A DNA stretch of 64,000 nt from Eledone cirrhosa (GCA_964016885.1 OZ024744.1:82460001-82524000); one strand, 5' to 3'; shown: positions 1 through 13,720, numbered from the stretch's first letter. The notes: generated from the letters alone by a model not told the origin. Made by a program: numbers and translations.

Positions 1-164
1 CGCACTCGGCGCGATTTTATATTAATTGTTCGATAAGACACGGTGCATAGGCGCCGATGCTCCATTTTATTAGATGGGGGTGAGGCTGACCCTGTACCCA
101 TCTTTCTTTACCAATCCTTTGGCTTCTTCTAATTCCTCCTGAGTTGGGAGGAATTAGAAGAATA

Positions 165-268
165 TGGGGTCGATAAAATAAAGTACCAATCACGCACTGG
201 CGTCGATTTAATCGACTTCCCCCTCCCCCCAAATTACTGGCCTTGTGCCTATATAAGAAACCATTATC
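165..268 (+). mobile_element. tRNA-derived SINE family 1, 5'-truncated copy
   Basis: GGGGTCGATAAAATAAAGTACCA...GGCCTTGTGCC...AGAAACCATTAT, shared with the full copies at 272 and 16929. Confidence 0.7.
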
Positions 269-271
269 ATA

Positions 272-465
272 GGGCTGTGGATTGGCAGTATCGGTAGAGG
301 GTCGGACGCCATGCTTTGCAGCACAGTTACGTCCCTTTACGGACTGAGTTCAAATCCCGCCGAAGTTAACTTTGCCTTTCATCCTTACGGGGTCGATAAT
401 ATAAAGAACCAGTAATGCACTGGATTAATTGCTGGCCTTGTGCCAAAAGTAGAAACAATTATTAT
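272..465 (+). mobile_element. tRNA-derived SINE family 1
   Basis: A-box-like TGGCAGTATCGGT, B-box GAGTTCAAATCCC, conserved core CTTTCATCCTTACGGGGTCGATAA, ATT-repeat tail; about 10 related copies in the window. Confidence 0.85.
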
Positions 466-685
466 ATTCATAATTTATATTCTTGAATATATACTTTGAT
501 TCATGATTTTGTTTGTGTTCAACATTTGTTGGTATTTTGTTGATTTTCTAGCATTTAGTGTTCTTGTTTTGTTTTGTTTTTGTATATATATATTTTGTCC
601 GTTTCGGCCTCTCATCACGATTTAAGTTCTTAATAATTATATTTCTGTTCTTTGCATTTTAGTTTGTTATTTTCATTCTTGTTAT

Positions 686-957
686 GTAAGGGTAAAGGGT
701 AAAGACCTCCTTCGGTCACGAATGATTATGTGATTTGCACCTAGAAAGTTCCCCTCCGAGGTAACAGTCTGATCAATGTTGTTTGTGGAAGATCAGCAGT
801 CACCCTTGTATATCAGTGTCCCATCTCCACATCACCGATGTTGTCCAAGGGAAAGGCAAAGGTTGATACAGCTTGGCACCAGTGACGTCACAACTTATTT
901 TTATAGTTGAGTAAACTGGAGCAACGTGAAATAAAGAGTCTTGCTCAAGAACACACG
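686..957 (-). mobile_element. SINE family 2 fragment
   Basis: GGAGCAACGTGAAATAAAGAGTCTTGCTCAAG motif recurs at 19531 and 33335; (TAAAGG)-like repeat at the left end. Confidence 0.6.
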
Positions 958-1464
958 GTTCTGTTCTTGTTATGTATTCTTCAACTCTAAAAGAACAAAA
1001 AGTCTCTATCCGACATTTCCTGCATATCTGTTTCGGATTAAAAGTTTCTTTTAGATGAGGGTTATTTTCTCTCTAAACTTCATACGATAGTGTTGTCGTT
1101 GTTTCATTTTCCGAAAAACTTGCATACATTACTCGTATAGAAACATAATTATCTCCTGTCTATTTGTGCGGCTTCGTTTATATTTGTAAGAATTACGTCC
1201 CTTTATTTGGTTGTCAACATTTTAGATAAGCATCAGTATATTTGTTTCTGTCAATTAAGAGTTTTGCACGTTCAATTTTTTAACGTATATTCTATATCGC
1301 AGATTCAAAGTAGGCATTTACCTCTTAACCTTGGGATAAATAAAAACGTCCTCTTTTTCTTTTTCATTTGCAATGATTGTCATTTTTGTGTTGAGGAACT
1401 GAATTGCTCTCATGCTGATATCACCTATGTTCCTTTAGTTTGCTTACAAATGGTATCCGATGGC

Positions 1465-1705
1465 CGACCACCACCAACCGCAATCTCCGCCACCAAGACC
1501 ACCACCGCCACCACCACCACTCCTACCACCACCTCCACTACTACCACTACCACCACTACTACCGCCACCACCACCACCTTCACCACCACCACCTACATCA
1601 TCACCACTATCACCACGACCACCACCAACATTTCACCATTAACGCCAACACCACCAGCAATAAGAAAAACAATAACCATTACTGCTGCTGCTACTGCTGC
1701 TGCTG

Positions 1706-1766
<61 letters not shown>

Positions 1767-1770
1767 GACT
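1465..1770. repeat. (ACC)n/(GCT)n/(ACT)n trinucleotide repeat cluster
   Basis: Direct reading; it explains the poly-T/H/P/Y ORFs. Confidence 0.9.
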
Positions 1771-3565
1771 AAAGGGCGTTTATGTACATATATTCATTGT
1801 ATAAAGAATACATATTTACATGTACATATATTCTTTCTACAAACATATTTGTAGATTGAAAACATCCAGCTATTGATTCAAAGAGGAAAAAAAGAAAAGA
1901 AAAAGAAATAAAGAAAAGTTTAATATGTTCGAACGTGTTCAATGACTGTTGCTAATGATGCAGCAAAAATGGATAATTTCGATATTCTTTTCGTTCTTGG
2001 ACAGTGTTTATCAATATATTGATATTGCTTTGTGTGATAGCGCAGCCAGTTCGATTGATGTCAAACGACCGAAGAAGATCTTCTACCCCTCTAATCTGAC
2101 TTTCCTTCTGAATCAAGTGAAGTCACTGTTAACAAACTGCAAAATAAATCGATGGTTTTTATACGTGTGTGATACAAAACCATGAGAATTTGACGTCTTT
2201 AGTATGCGAATGTCTAGAATTAGTTTAGAAATGTTTCATTCAAATATTACGATCATTCTATGCAAGATATAACTGGCACAACTTCAGATGTGTCTACACA
2301 CTTGATTGAGTATCTGTCAGCTTTGCGATTTGTTTCGCATTTAATGATGATGGCATTAAGGTCCGAAAGTTTATGGTCCCTGTCACAATAATTGAATGAT
2401 CAGGGTTCGAATGTAGTTGACATAATTCGTAGTTTATTTTTTTTCCTTAAAACTTTTATTTAAGTTGAGTTACTAACTATATCACGTGCAGTTCAACTAT
2501 TCTGCTTGATTAACTTTTCGTTCGTAGTCACCAAGCTACAAAATTACAATATTCGCATTTACTTACAAATAATATATTTTATTTACAGATAATAGGCTTT
2601 AATTTTGGCACGAAGCCAGATATTTTAGGAGGAGAGTGAAGTCGATTATAACGACCCCAATACTTGACTGGTACTTTAATTTATTAGCACTAGAAGGATG
2701 AAAGGCAAAGTTGACCACGGCGAGAAACATCTACATTGTTTTCTATAACTAAGCATTGAGATCCAGAGAGTGTATCTGTGCACAGTGAAACAAATTTCTT
2801 TCGATATTCCCCCCTCGCCCTCTCTCTCTCCCCGCCTCTCTTACTTCCACTTTCTTTCTCTCACTCAGCCTATACACCGCCCAAACACAAACATATATGC
2901 ATATATATATGTATGTATATATGTATATATGTATGTATATATGGTCGGGTCGTTGACGACTAAACTGGCAACCCCACCAAAGATTCTTGGTGAGGAGGGT
3001 GACTTTGGACATCCTGCAGGACTAAAAACAAAACCTGTCAAAGGGCAAAGGAGCTCTTAAGAGTCAATGGCCATCCAAAATCACCAGGAGAGATGACCCC
3101 TTAGCCTTTGTCAAGGCAGAATTCTAGGAGAAGGAAAACTCTGATATAACACCTGCAACCCTGATGGTATCCAATGATATTGACTTGTTCTTCTTTTTGG
3201 TAAATATCATCTTGGTTAAGAGAGTGGGACTGGCTTTGTGCAGTGCCTTTGCTCACTATAAAAGCTTCACGGCACAGACATTGCTTTATATCTGGAGATC
3301 TCTCTGCACTTGTCGTCACATGGTACCATGAGCCCAGCACTATGTGTCAATAATTGTCACAAGTGTAGTGTTTGTACTAGAGTTTTCAAGTCGCTGACTG
3401 GACTAAAAAGTCACACTCGTTCAGCACATCGGTAGGCGTTCTCCTACATGGATATAAAGTAGTGGCCGTACTCGAAAACGAGTTGGCAGCCACCATATAT
3501 GTATATATGTATGTATATATATATATATATATCATTTACCATTACTCTCACTTCTGTTTTATTTG

Positions 3566-3673
<108 letters not shown>

Positions 3674-3911
3674 ATAAATCTCGATCATGATACATATATA
3701 TTATATATTATATTTCGTATATTTTGTAAATTACATGTTATATAATATATATAATATAAAATAATATAATAAAATATAATATAATATGTATATATATATA
3801 GAGAGAGAGAGAGTGACCCAAACGTCTGGATCTACAGACTGACAAATTTAAATTAGTCAATTTATAACAATACTTGAAAATCTATATCAATCAATCGCTC
3901 GATCATTCATC

Positions 3912-3965
<54 letters not shown>

Positions 3966-4255
3966 ATGTCTCTCTCTCCCTCTTTCTGGCTCTCTCTCTC
4001 CCTCTCCCCCCCTCTCTCTCTCTCTCTCTCTTGCTCTCTGTATATATACATATCTATATGATGAATTGTTTAATATAAGGAACTGTTTCTTTGTTTTTAT
4101 TCATTATTTTTATTAATTTATCTTGACTCTGTTTTCCTGTGTTTTTCATCGAAAAAAATGTTGAATACATCTTCTCTTTTAATGATATTTGGATTACATT
4201 GAGTTCTTCATACGGATTGGACACTACCGTATATTTTGGTAGATTTATCTACATA

Positions 4256-4766
4256 TCTATATATATATATAGTTGTAGTTCCTGTCTGTTTGTTTGTTTG
4301 TTTGTTCACGAACTCCTCCTATGGCTTTGGAGATAGACCCCCATAACCATATATATTCTGAAACTACATTGTCCAGGGTACTTGGATAAGTATATTTCAT
4401 TTTAATCAAAGGGTTCCTCGGGGGCACACAACCCCCACTGAAAATATTTTCCTTTCGATTTATATAATTTAAACATAGGTAAATGACAAGATATGATGCC
4501 TATTCACAAAAGGTTTCATTTGATATTTTGAAAAAAAATTATTTACAAGAAACAAAATAGGAATAAGATTTAATAATGTAATTTTGATTTGATATATTAC
4601 AAAAAATAACGTTTTCCAATTTTTCATGCATTACATTTTACATTGAGTAATATTGAAATGCAGAGTTTTTCTCCATAAATTATATCACTGATTTAAAATC
4701 AATCATCATTTTCTTACAAAAAAAAAAAATGTGTGAAACGCAGCAAGGCGTGGGTAGTTCGGCTAG
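4256..4766 (+). mobile_element. Non-autonomous Helitron-like element
   Basis: Starts TC after an A; (GTTT)n near the 5' end; GC-rich subterminal hairpin; ends CTAG followed by T. Confidence 0.6.
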
Positions 4767-4899
4767 TATATAATATAACATGTAACATGTATATGACAAC
4801 ATAGCAGGTGGATCAATATTTATTATATACAGATAAATAAATAAATATATATATATATAAAGGACAACCCTTGCATCTATAAGTTCAGGTTTTCCTCAT

Positions 4900-4902
<3 letters not shown>

Positions 4903-4988
<86 letters not shown>

Positions 4989-4999
4989 ACACACACACA

Positions 5000-5034
<35 letters not shown>
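4903..5034. repeat. (CA)n microsatellite
   Basis: Direct reading. Confidence 0.95.
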
Positions 5035-5117
5035 GAATGGACCTGTTATTTTTATTTAAAGACATTTCTTCCATCTCCACCCCACCCGTCCCTTCAATCT
5101 ATTTTAGTTCTCATTTT

Positions 5118-5153
5118 TCTTCTGATAAAGGACTAGCGTCCGAAACGTTAAGA
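5118..5153 (+). ncRNA. Degenerate minimal hammerhead ribozyme
   Basis: TCTT-CTGATAA-A-GGAC tagc GTCC-GAAA-CG-TT-AAGA; G8 to A change in the core; homolog at 16707. Confidence 0.6.
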
Positions 5154-5252
5154 CCCTCTTCCTTCTATTTCGAGCGTTAACCTAATAAATACCTTCCATA
5201 TACTGTATCGATTGTGTTGTTATTTCTGTTTACCTTTTACATACACACACAC

Positions 5253-5298
<46 letters not shown>

Positions 5299-5347
5299 GT
5301 GTGTGTGTATGTAAAAGGTAAACAGAAATAACAACACAATCGATACA

Positions 5348-5419
<72 letters not shown>

Positions 5420-5464
5420 CGTAAAATAAGAAAATGATAAAATTAACTTACTTACTAAAATTTC

Positions 5465-5546
5465 AGTCCCAACTAATTAGTTTCTGAAATGGAATAAATA
5501 TACTTTCCGAAGAAAATTTGGAGAAGCATTTCGTCGTCAGGGAAGT
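5465..5546 (-). ncRNA. Type I hammerhead ribozyme
   Basis: Minus strand: TTCC-CTGACGA-stem II GAAATG/CATTTC with a long loop-GAAA-CTAATTAG-TT-GGGA. Confidence 0.65.
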
Positions 5547-5933
5547 CTATTCTCAGCTAAGTATCCAGGCAAAGCGTGGACTGAATTCCTAGCCATTGAG
5601 AAAATCACTGCCTACTGCGTCGGTGGCAAATTCAAAAAGAATCAATCACGTGACATCGAGGTCAATCAGTGGAAAGTGGTTTGTTAAGCAAACAGCGGCC
5701 TGCCTGCTACCATAGCAGCAGTCTTGGCCAATATTGCTCGACAAATAATTTGGAGATAATTATAAAGAATTAATATCTAGTAACATATATATACATACAG
5801 ATGCATATCAATGCTAGCAAATATATAGGTTTTGTCTTAGTAACTTTGTGGTTCAATGCATGGGGCTGCAGAACAATAATATGAGAGACGTAAAATAAGA
5901 AAATTATAAAATTAACTTACTTACTAAAATTTC

Positions 5934-6015
5934 ACTCCCAACTAATTAGTTTCTGAAATGGAATAAATATACTTTCCGAAGAAAATATTGAGAAGCATTT
6001 CGTCGTCAGGGAAGT
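5934..6015 (-). ncRNA. Type I hammerhead ribozyme
   Basis: Minus strand: ACTTCC-CTGACGA...GAAA-CTAATTAG-TT-GGGAGT; 6-bp stem I; palindromic stem III. Confidence 0.7.
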
Positions 6016-6055
6016 CTATTCTCAGCTAAGTATCCAGGCAAAGCGTGGACTCTGG

Positions 6056-6123
<68 letters not shown>

Positions 6124-6368
6124 GTGTAAATGTATGTATGTTTTGTATGTAAAATACATACACACTTGCTTTTTATGTTCCTCCCAGTTCTCTTCCCTCT
6201 ATCTTTCTATTTCTTCGTTTTTTTTTATCTCATTTTATCACCTTGCTACTTTGTTCATACAATATCGGGCTTTAAACTAAAATCTATATTTTCATTGTAC
6301 TGTATTGTTTTGTTTGGCTGTGCTTTCCGTTTACGTTTCTCACACGCAAACACACACACACACACACT

Positions 6369-6420
<52 letters not shown>

Positions 6421-6425
<5 letters not shown>

Positions 6426-6612
6426 CTTTCACCGTATTTTTAACTAAAGGAAGTTTAGCTTGATAACGGGGTTTAGAACCCTCAGATAAATGGAAAAAGA
6501 TGAGTATTGACGTACATGTACGTCAATACTCATCTTTTTCCATTTATCTGAGGGTTCTAAACCCCGTTATCAAGCTAAAATTCCTTTAGTTAAAAATACG
6601 GTGAAAGCTATA
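6421..6612. repeat. Near-perfect ~190-bp palindrome with no spacer
   Basis: Arms are reverse complements centred on GTACATGTAC (6516/6517), with about one mismatch. Confidence 0.9.
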
Positions 6613-6658
6613 TATTTTCTAATTTCAAACTCGCTCACTGTTTCAAAACATACTTACT

Positions 6659-6715
<57 letters not shown>

Positions 6716-6869
6716 GGATATAATTAGGATTTAGCTTCAAGCATAGCTGTATAAAGATATGTATTGGAATTTCGTATTTTTAAAGAAACACGGAATGTAT
6801 ATAGATAAACATTTAGAAAGCTGTAGCTGCGCAAAATCACCGGTGGATATCGCCATCTTATATGTTTTA

Positions 6870-7010
<141 letters not shown>

Positions 7011-7449
7011 TGTTTAATTACATATGAATGTTTCATCTAACACGCTTTTCTTTCTCTCCTAAAAAGCAAAATACTTTTCGTTTTCCCTTGGTTTTCATTT
7101 AGTCAAAAGTATATAGTTTTTATGCCTAGCCACATGGAGTGATTAGCCTCATTTGCATAGCGAGCTGCCGGCCGAGTCGGGCTGAACTATATATTTTCGC
7201 CTATATTGAATTCCAGCACAGAGAAATGTAGTGAATGAGTGCCTTGTTCACGGCCACCAGCCAGAAACGATCGTCAGTGGTTACCCTCTCCTGCTTCTGA
7301 TAAAACTCACTAGATGGCGCTAACCCACGAGCTTCTGAAATTCATAGCTTTCAAATGTTTATTCGTTATCACACCGTATATTATTAGATATACACAATAC
7401 ATATACTTATGTATACACACACACACACATATATATATACACAAACATA

Positions 7450-8902
7450 ATCACAATTCGCCTTTTAAATACCAACTTAAAAGAACTAACACAGCGCTCT
7501 CAGAACTCATATGGTCCTTAAATGACAAAAATATTAACTACAACATTTCTTGGAGGAAGGTTTGCAACACCTCTCCTTACCAGAATTCTTCCCTATCCAG
7601 AACATGTAATCTCTGCCTAGCCGAGAAATTTACCATTATCTCTAATTTTAATTCTATAATAAATAGACGTACGGATTTATTTTCGCTCTGCTTGCATAAA
7701 TCCCATAGAACTTTCCATAAAGTATACAGCTAATATCTTACTACCTAATTAGTTTTAAATCTTCTTTTCTCAAACGGTTTTATATCTTTTACAAATATAC
7801 CCATCTTTCTACCTTATTTCAGTATATTATATTATACAATTTACTCATTCTATGTCGTTAGCGGGCCCCTATTTTTCTTCTTTTTTATCTTTTTTTCTTT
7901 TTTAATTTCTAATCTTTAATCTGCAACTTTTAATTCTCAGTTACTTCTTAATTCATATTATAACTCACTATAGCATTTTCCTTATATTCTTGGCCATACA
8001 AATTTTATTTTTAATATATACTAATATTACCATAAGTAAATTTTGTAAACATATATATATATATATATTTTTTTACGTTATATATTTTTCTTCCTTGAAT
8101 TTTCTTCTTTCTTCTCTCCTTCCGTGCTCGTATTAAACCTATTATTTACATTTTCCTATTACAATACATAGAAACAAACTTGGACCCTAACTAATTCCTC
8201 TAAGTTCCTAATTCATTTAACCTTTTCTTCATTCACCTGATCTCCTTAATAGTTTTTTTATTTTAATAATACCTTTTAATAAATTCCTTTTCGCACATAT
8301 TATTAAACCCTTCAATATATAAACCTTAAATAAATAGTATTCTTAATTCCTTTTTCTTTAATCATAAACATCACCATTCATAAACCTCATTAACTTTTAA
8401 TTTCAAAACGTTTTTAAATTATGTATTATCTTACAACAGTTTTTTTTAAATTTATCTCTGTGAGACAGTGTTTCTCAGTATTGAAGGTTATCTCTCCCTC
8501 TCTCTCACTCATTTCTCCTCCTCTCTCATCCTTCCTTCTTATACTCCTCCTCCGCCATCCTTTCCTTATTATTATATATTTTTTCTTATTATTTTCTTTC
8601 TTCCTTTTCCTTCTCCCTTCCTTCTTTTTTCCCAATCTCATATATCCATCTTATTTTATTTTTCATATGTTGATTTAAAACTTCACTGCTCGCAAGTGTT
8701 TTTTAAGCTTCATATTTTATCTGATGAGCACGCAAATATCATCCCATGATGATATTTGTTTTTGAAATGCGCATAATAAAATACATGGAACTATTTTAAC
8801 CATCTTTTGATCTTATATTATTTATACTCCAGTCCTATAAACTGTTGAGTACTACTTATCCGATATTTGCATTGCTTCATTGTGCTACAATAAAACTCAC
8901 CT

Positions 8903-8905
<3 letters not shown>
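7450..8905 (+). mobile_element. Penelope-like element 3' fragment (GIY-YIG C-terminus plus AT-rich tail)
   Basis: TALSELIWSL..ISWRKV..CNLCLAEKFTII..INRRTDLFSLCLH, homologous to the ORF at 27767; hammerhead at 8713; ends at (TA)n. Confidence 0.75.
8713..8783 (+). ncRNA. Type I hammerhead ribozyme (PLE tail)
   Basis: TATTTTAT-CTGATGA-stem II CAAATATCATC/GATGATATTTG-GAAA-TGCGCA-TA-ATAAAATA; perfect 8-bp stem I. Confidence 0.85.
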
Positions 8906-8962
<57 letters not shown>

Positions 8963-9259
8963 AATATATATATATATATATGTGAATATATATATATATA
9001 TGTGTATGTGTATATAAGCACACACTAACACACATACAACACACCCACACACATTTATATAGTGGTAAAAAAAATGGGAGGTTATATCCGTAGTAAATAG
9101 AGAACTCACTCTTGATGTCAAGTTCGGTATATAGTTATTTCTCATTGCCGCCATTCACGCGTCTTTGAGTATGGCTTGCTAATTTGTTATGGAACAGTCT
9201 CTCTCTCTCTCTCTCCCTCTCCACCTCTCTCTCTCTCTCTGTTTCTTTCTCTCTGTATG

Positions 9260-9324
<65 letters not shown>

Positions 9325-10205
9325 TTGTGTACGTGTGCGTGTGTGTGTACGTATGTGTGTGTGTTTGTGTGTCTGTGTATGTGGTTGTGTTTCTTTGTGT
9401 GTGTGCATGCGTGCGTGTTTGTTTCTCTGCGTGCGTGTGTCTGTGTTTGTCTGTTTCTATGTGTATGTGCATATATAATCGTAATCTTGTTTCTATAATT
9501 CATATACTAGTGTATGCTTGATAGATTGCAATCGTTATCTGATACGATACAAACCTCTCTATATATAGAGTATAGTTACTTTAAATACCCGTTTCACCGA
9601 ATGGCTTGTCACAACTGCAAACATGAAATACTGAAAATGAAGACCTTCGGTGAAACTTTTATTACAGGTGACTGCCATATATTGACATCACACACACACA
9701 CACACATACAAACATACGCATATGCGCACACATACAGACACACATACACGCACATACACACAAACACACACACATACACACAAATACAAACACAGAGATG
9801 CGTTAAGTCTATGGAATCACTGTTAATACCTATATAAATCAAACATTTAATACAGTAAAGACATACATACATACGCACATATATAACTTTGATAAGTATT
9901 GGCCCAGGCTATTTCTAGTTTAATAGCACCATATATGTATGTATGTATGTATTTATTTATGTATGTATTTATGTATGTTCTTCTGGTTTTATAATTTCAC
10001 AAACTTTTACCAATAGAGAGAGAGTCGGTTTCTAACATAGACACAAGACTCTCTCATTGGAATTTACACAACATCAACTAGGTAGATATGTATGTATGTC
10101 TGCATGTGTAGATATGGATGTTATTGTATGTGTGGATGTGTATGTTTTGAGTTGTATGTGTGCATGTGTATATGCTTTGTATCTGTACATGTGTATATGC
10201 AGTTA

Positions 10206-13200
10206 TTAGATGCAACATTTTTGGAATGTTTTACATATTTTTACTGTTCCATTAATGGATTGTACTTGTAATTTCCTAACTAGTTGTGTTCTTTCTGTTC
10301 CTGTGAAGCCTAGCTTCTCAAGATTTGTATTGAGGCAGTTACTAACATATCCCAGTGCCCCAATAATCACAGGCATAAATCTGAAGGTGTAATCAGGGTG
10401 GAGTATCTGCAGATTTCTCATCAGTTCTGCATAAATATTCTCCTTTTCGATAATCTTTGATATTATATTGGCATCTGCTGGACAGCGAACTTGCACTACT
10501 GTGCATGCTTTCTTCTCCCTGTCCCATATAATAATATCTGGTCTGTTATGCCTGCATTATTGGGGTTTTTACTGGAATATTCCACCAGTACTCTTTCATA
10601 TTATGTACATGGATGTCTTCCACATTGCTGTAGCTTTTATTGTGTTTATTATCGGGGCTATCTTTTCTACGGATTGCATTGTACAGTGTTTTGGCCACTA
10701 CATCATGCCTCATAGGTAGATAGTACCGCGATGACATCTTTGGACAGCTGCTTATGACATGCGTGACATCTTGGATGTTAATTCTGCAGAGTCTGCACTT
10801 TTTATCAGATCTAGGTGTTTTGCCTGCATCCCTCTTTTGTGAATCAGGTATTTCGTGTTGATTTCCTGTTCTTGGATTGCAAAAGCGTATTTCAAAGTGG
10901 GAGCCAATATAGCGGTTGTTCGTCCAAGATAGACTATTTTCCTTATCTATATTACTCTCACTCTGGAGCTTCCTGGCAACATATCCATGCATGATTTTTT
11001 GCTGATAAGCATGCAGATTTTCATCCATGGATTCACTGCGATACTGTTGAGGAACTTCCCTGGGTGTGAGTTTTTGATTACCACACAGGGAATACCTCTC
11101 GAGGAGTTCCTTCCCAACTCTCATGATCTTATCTGTTTCATGCATATAGACTTGGTCGAGAGACCGGCTCCTACGCCTTGAGGTTCGTAGATGTTGTCGG
11201 AGGGTTATGATGCGACATTCAAATACTGTCTGGTCTGATGTTAGGCCTCTGCCTCCCTGCTTACGTTTCAAGTAAAGGCGGTCTATGTCACTGTTGATGT
11301 GGAAGTTTCCGGTGTTGTTTAGTATTTTTCGAGTCCTAACATTAATCGCTCGGATTTCGTCTATCGTCCAATTGAGTATTCCAAACGTTGGTGTTAGGAC
11401 AGGCACACTAAACACATTGTGAGCCACTGTTTTGTTTTGCGCAGAGAGTTCCGATGACCAGATCTTTCTTAATCGGGTGTAGTATTCCTGGTTACGCGCT
11501 CCTTATTACAGATACCATTATAGGATATGTTCTTATCTATCCCCAGGTATCTGTAGCAGTGCAGATATTGGTGAAACAGTTAGGCCATTGATATAAATGT
11601 TGCTAGATTGGGTTGTTTTCCCCTGCTTTACTGTCATGTATGATCATTTGTCTTGGCCAAACTACATTCCTATATCCTTTGAAAATGTTGTAACCAGGTC
11701 AAGATTTTTCTTCATCCCATCCATGTTCTATGCATAGAGTTTCAGATCATCCACAAAGAAATTATGGGTTAGGTTCTTATTTCTGTCCTCCTGTGAGCCA
11801 ATGATGTATCCTTCACGTTTCTTGAGCAGAAAGGACAAGGGTTTTAATGACAGGATGAATAATATCACAGGGAGACTGTCTCCCTGAAATATACCCCTGC
11901 GATATTTTATTTTATCAGTGAAAATAGAGTCCTCCCTCTCTGTCTTTAACCTTAGGATAGTAGCTCAAGAAGAAGACAGCTTCTCTATGGCTCTGACAAA
12001 ATATGTCTGGGACTTTAGCAAGTCGGAGAGCCTCTATGATCCAAGAGTGGGGAACAGAATCGAAAGCTTTCCTCTAGTCCATCCAGACTGTACCCGTATT
12101 CCTCCTAGGTTGTCGCACCTCCGACATCGCAGTTTTGTTGATTAGGAGTTGTTCAACACATCCCCAAACCCCTTTCTTTCCAACTGCTTGTTCATCTGTG
12201 ATGATGTTATTATTTTCACAGTAATCTTGGAGGAATAGGTTCAGGCAAGCTGTATACATCAGTTCTGGCATGCAATGGGTCGGTAGTTTTTTGACAAGTG
12301 GGTGTCTTTGTTCTTGGGGACCAGTAATGTTTAGCTAATGTCAACCATTCTGGTATAAGTGTATCTCCCTTAAGAACTTGTTGGTAGAGGTCGGTAAGAT
12401 ACCTCCGACAGAATATCAGTATTTTGTACCAGTAGCCGACAATTATGTCTCTTGCTGGTGTTTTCTTATCTTGGTGTTTTCCTATCATAGTCTCAAGGGT
12501 ACCCTCACTTATTTCGTATGTTTTTGTTGTTGTGTAGGAGCAATAGTTCTTTTGGATTTCTTTTAGCAACACTGCATCTTGGTTGAAATTCTACTTTTCA
12601 CCCCATATTTTTCTCCAAAAGGAACTTATGTCTTTCTGGGATGGGGCCCCAGTGACACTTATTATTTTGTCCTTCATATCTCTTCAGACTGATGTTTGGT
12701 TTCGTATGAATCTTTTAATAAGCACTTTCCTTTCATCCACCTTCTTCAGGTATCGGCGTTTTTCGCTAACAGCTCTCAATTCTTGTTTGAGGGTGATCAG
12801 CTTATATTGAAGAGTTCTGTTCCTACTGTTACCAAACATCGTCTTTTATTTTATTTTTCACTCTTTGTTGGTGAGGAGTGAGGTTTTTTTGTGTTTGTTT
12901 GCATGTAAGGAGCATTGTCACATATCCTATGGTCTTTCGTAGATCAGCAATCTTTTTTCTATTTTAGTTATATATGATGGTATTTTTGGTGGTGTTTTGT
13001 TCTTCTATCACCAAGATAACTCTTCACTGTCGTTGCTAAGGCCTATAAACAGGCGTTGATTTGCCAAAATGTTGGGGCTTTTATCCGTCGTAAATATCCA
13101 TCCCCTATTTCGTCAATAGAACGTAATATTTCATTATTTCATTATTTATTTTTTTTTTAGATATTATTGTTTTAATACGTTCAGCAAGAGAAATGTTTAT

Positions 13201-13720
13201 ACATGAATTAATTTCTCTCTGGAAGATTTCGTTGGGGGAAATTTTCAATTGTTTATACTTTTGATTATTATCATTATCGATAGTATTTTCCACAATAGTC
13301 GAGGTAGACTCAGATGGTACACGTGGTGTCAAATTTCTTACAGGCATAGTTGTTTCAAGGTACTGTTCGATCTGGCCGCTAGGAAGTCTAGTAGCTTGGC
13401 AACCTGTAGCACGTGTTGTTGATTCCATGTATGTTGTAGGGGACTTACAATTAATAACATTTATTTTACTTTTACGTTCAACAAACGTCGCTTGTTGGCG
13501 TAATTGTTTCGCTGTGAAATAATTTAGCTCTGGGTGTATTTTGTCCTAGTGTAGCTTCATTCTGTTCATATAGCCAGTGGAGGGATTGTTTTTTGCCATT
13601 TTATAACAATTCAATTAAGTTCGCAACTCCAAGACAAATACGATTTATAATTTTGGTTTCTTCTGTAGCTACAACTGAAAAACTGTTGTTTACCTTTCTC
13701 GTTTTTCTTCGGTACTCCAT
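10206..13720 (-). mobile_element. Degenerate R4/Dong-like non-LTR retrotransposon (RT plus restriction-like endonuclease)
   Basis: Frameshifted fragments: GIFQGDSL and FFVDDLK (RT, ~11740-11900), CRLC..HVISSC zinc knuckle, RHD, RPD..CPAD, and PVIIGALG of the RLE domain. Confidence 0.85.

Larger units (their letters stand above)
5412..6052 (-). mobile_element. Non-coding hammerhead element with 469-bp period (retrozyme/PLE pLTR-like) in (TA)n
   Basis: About 170-bp direct repeats at 5412-5582 and 5881-6051, each with a hammerhead motif; (TA)n on both flanks. Confidence 0.7.

Noticed and set aside
272-365. tRNA gene-like A/B boxes
   Set aside because: No complete cloverleaf; the sequence continues into the SINE core and tail and is multi-copy
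1207-1854. ORFs rich in Thr/His/Pro/Tyr (mucin- or formin-like appearance)
   Set aside because: They are translations of ACC/ACT trinucleotide repeats, open in several frames, with no domain or splice evidence
1949-2185. Possible host exon (78-aa ORF of ordinary composition)
   Set aside because: No recognisable domain or partner exons; cannot be supported without homology or RNA data
7297-7350. CTGATAA...GAAATTCATA hammerhead-like string
   Set aside because: Core deviates from consensus and stems I and II do not pair convincingly
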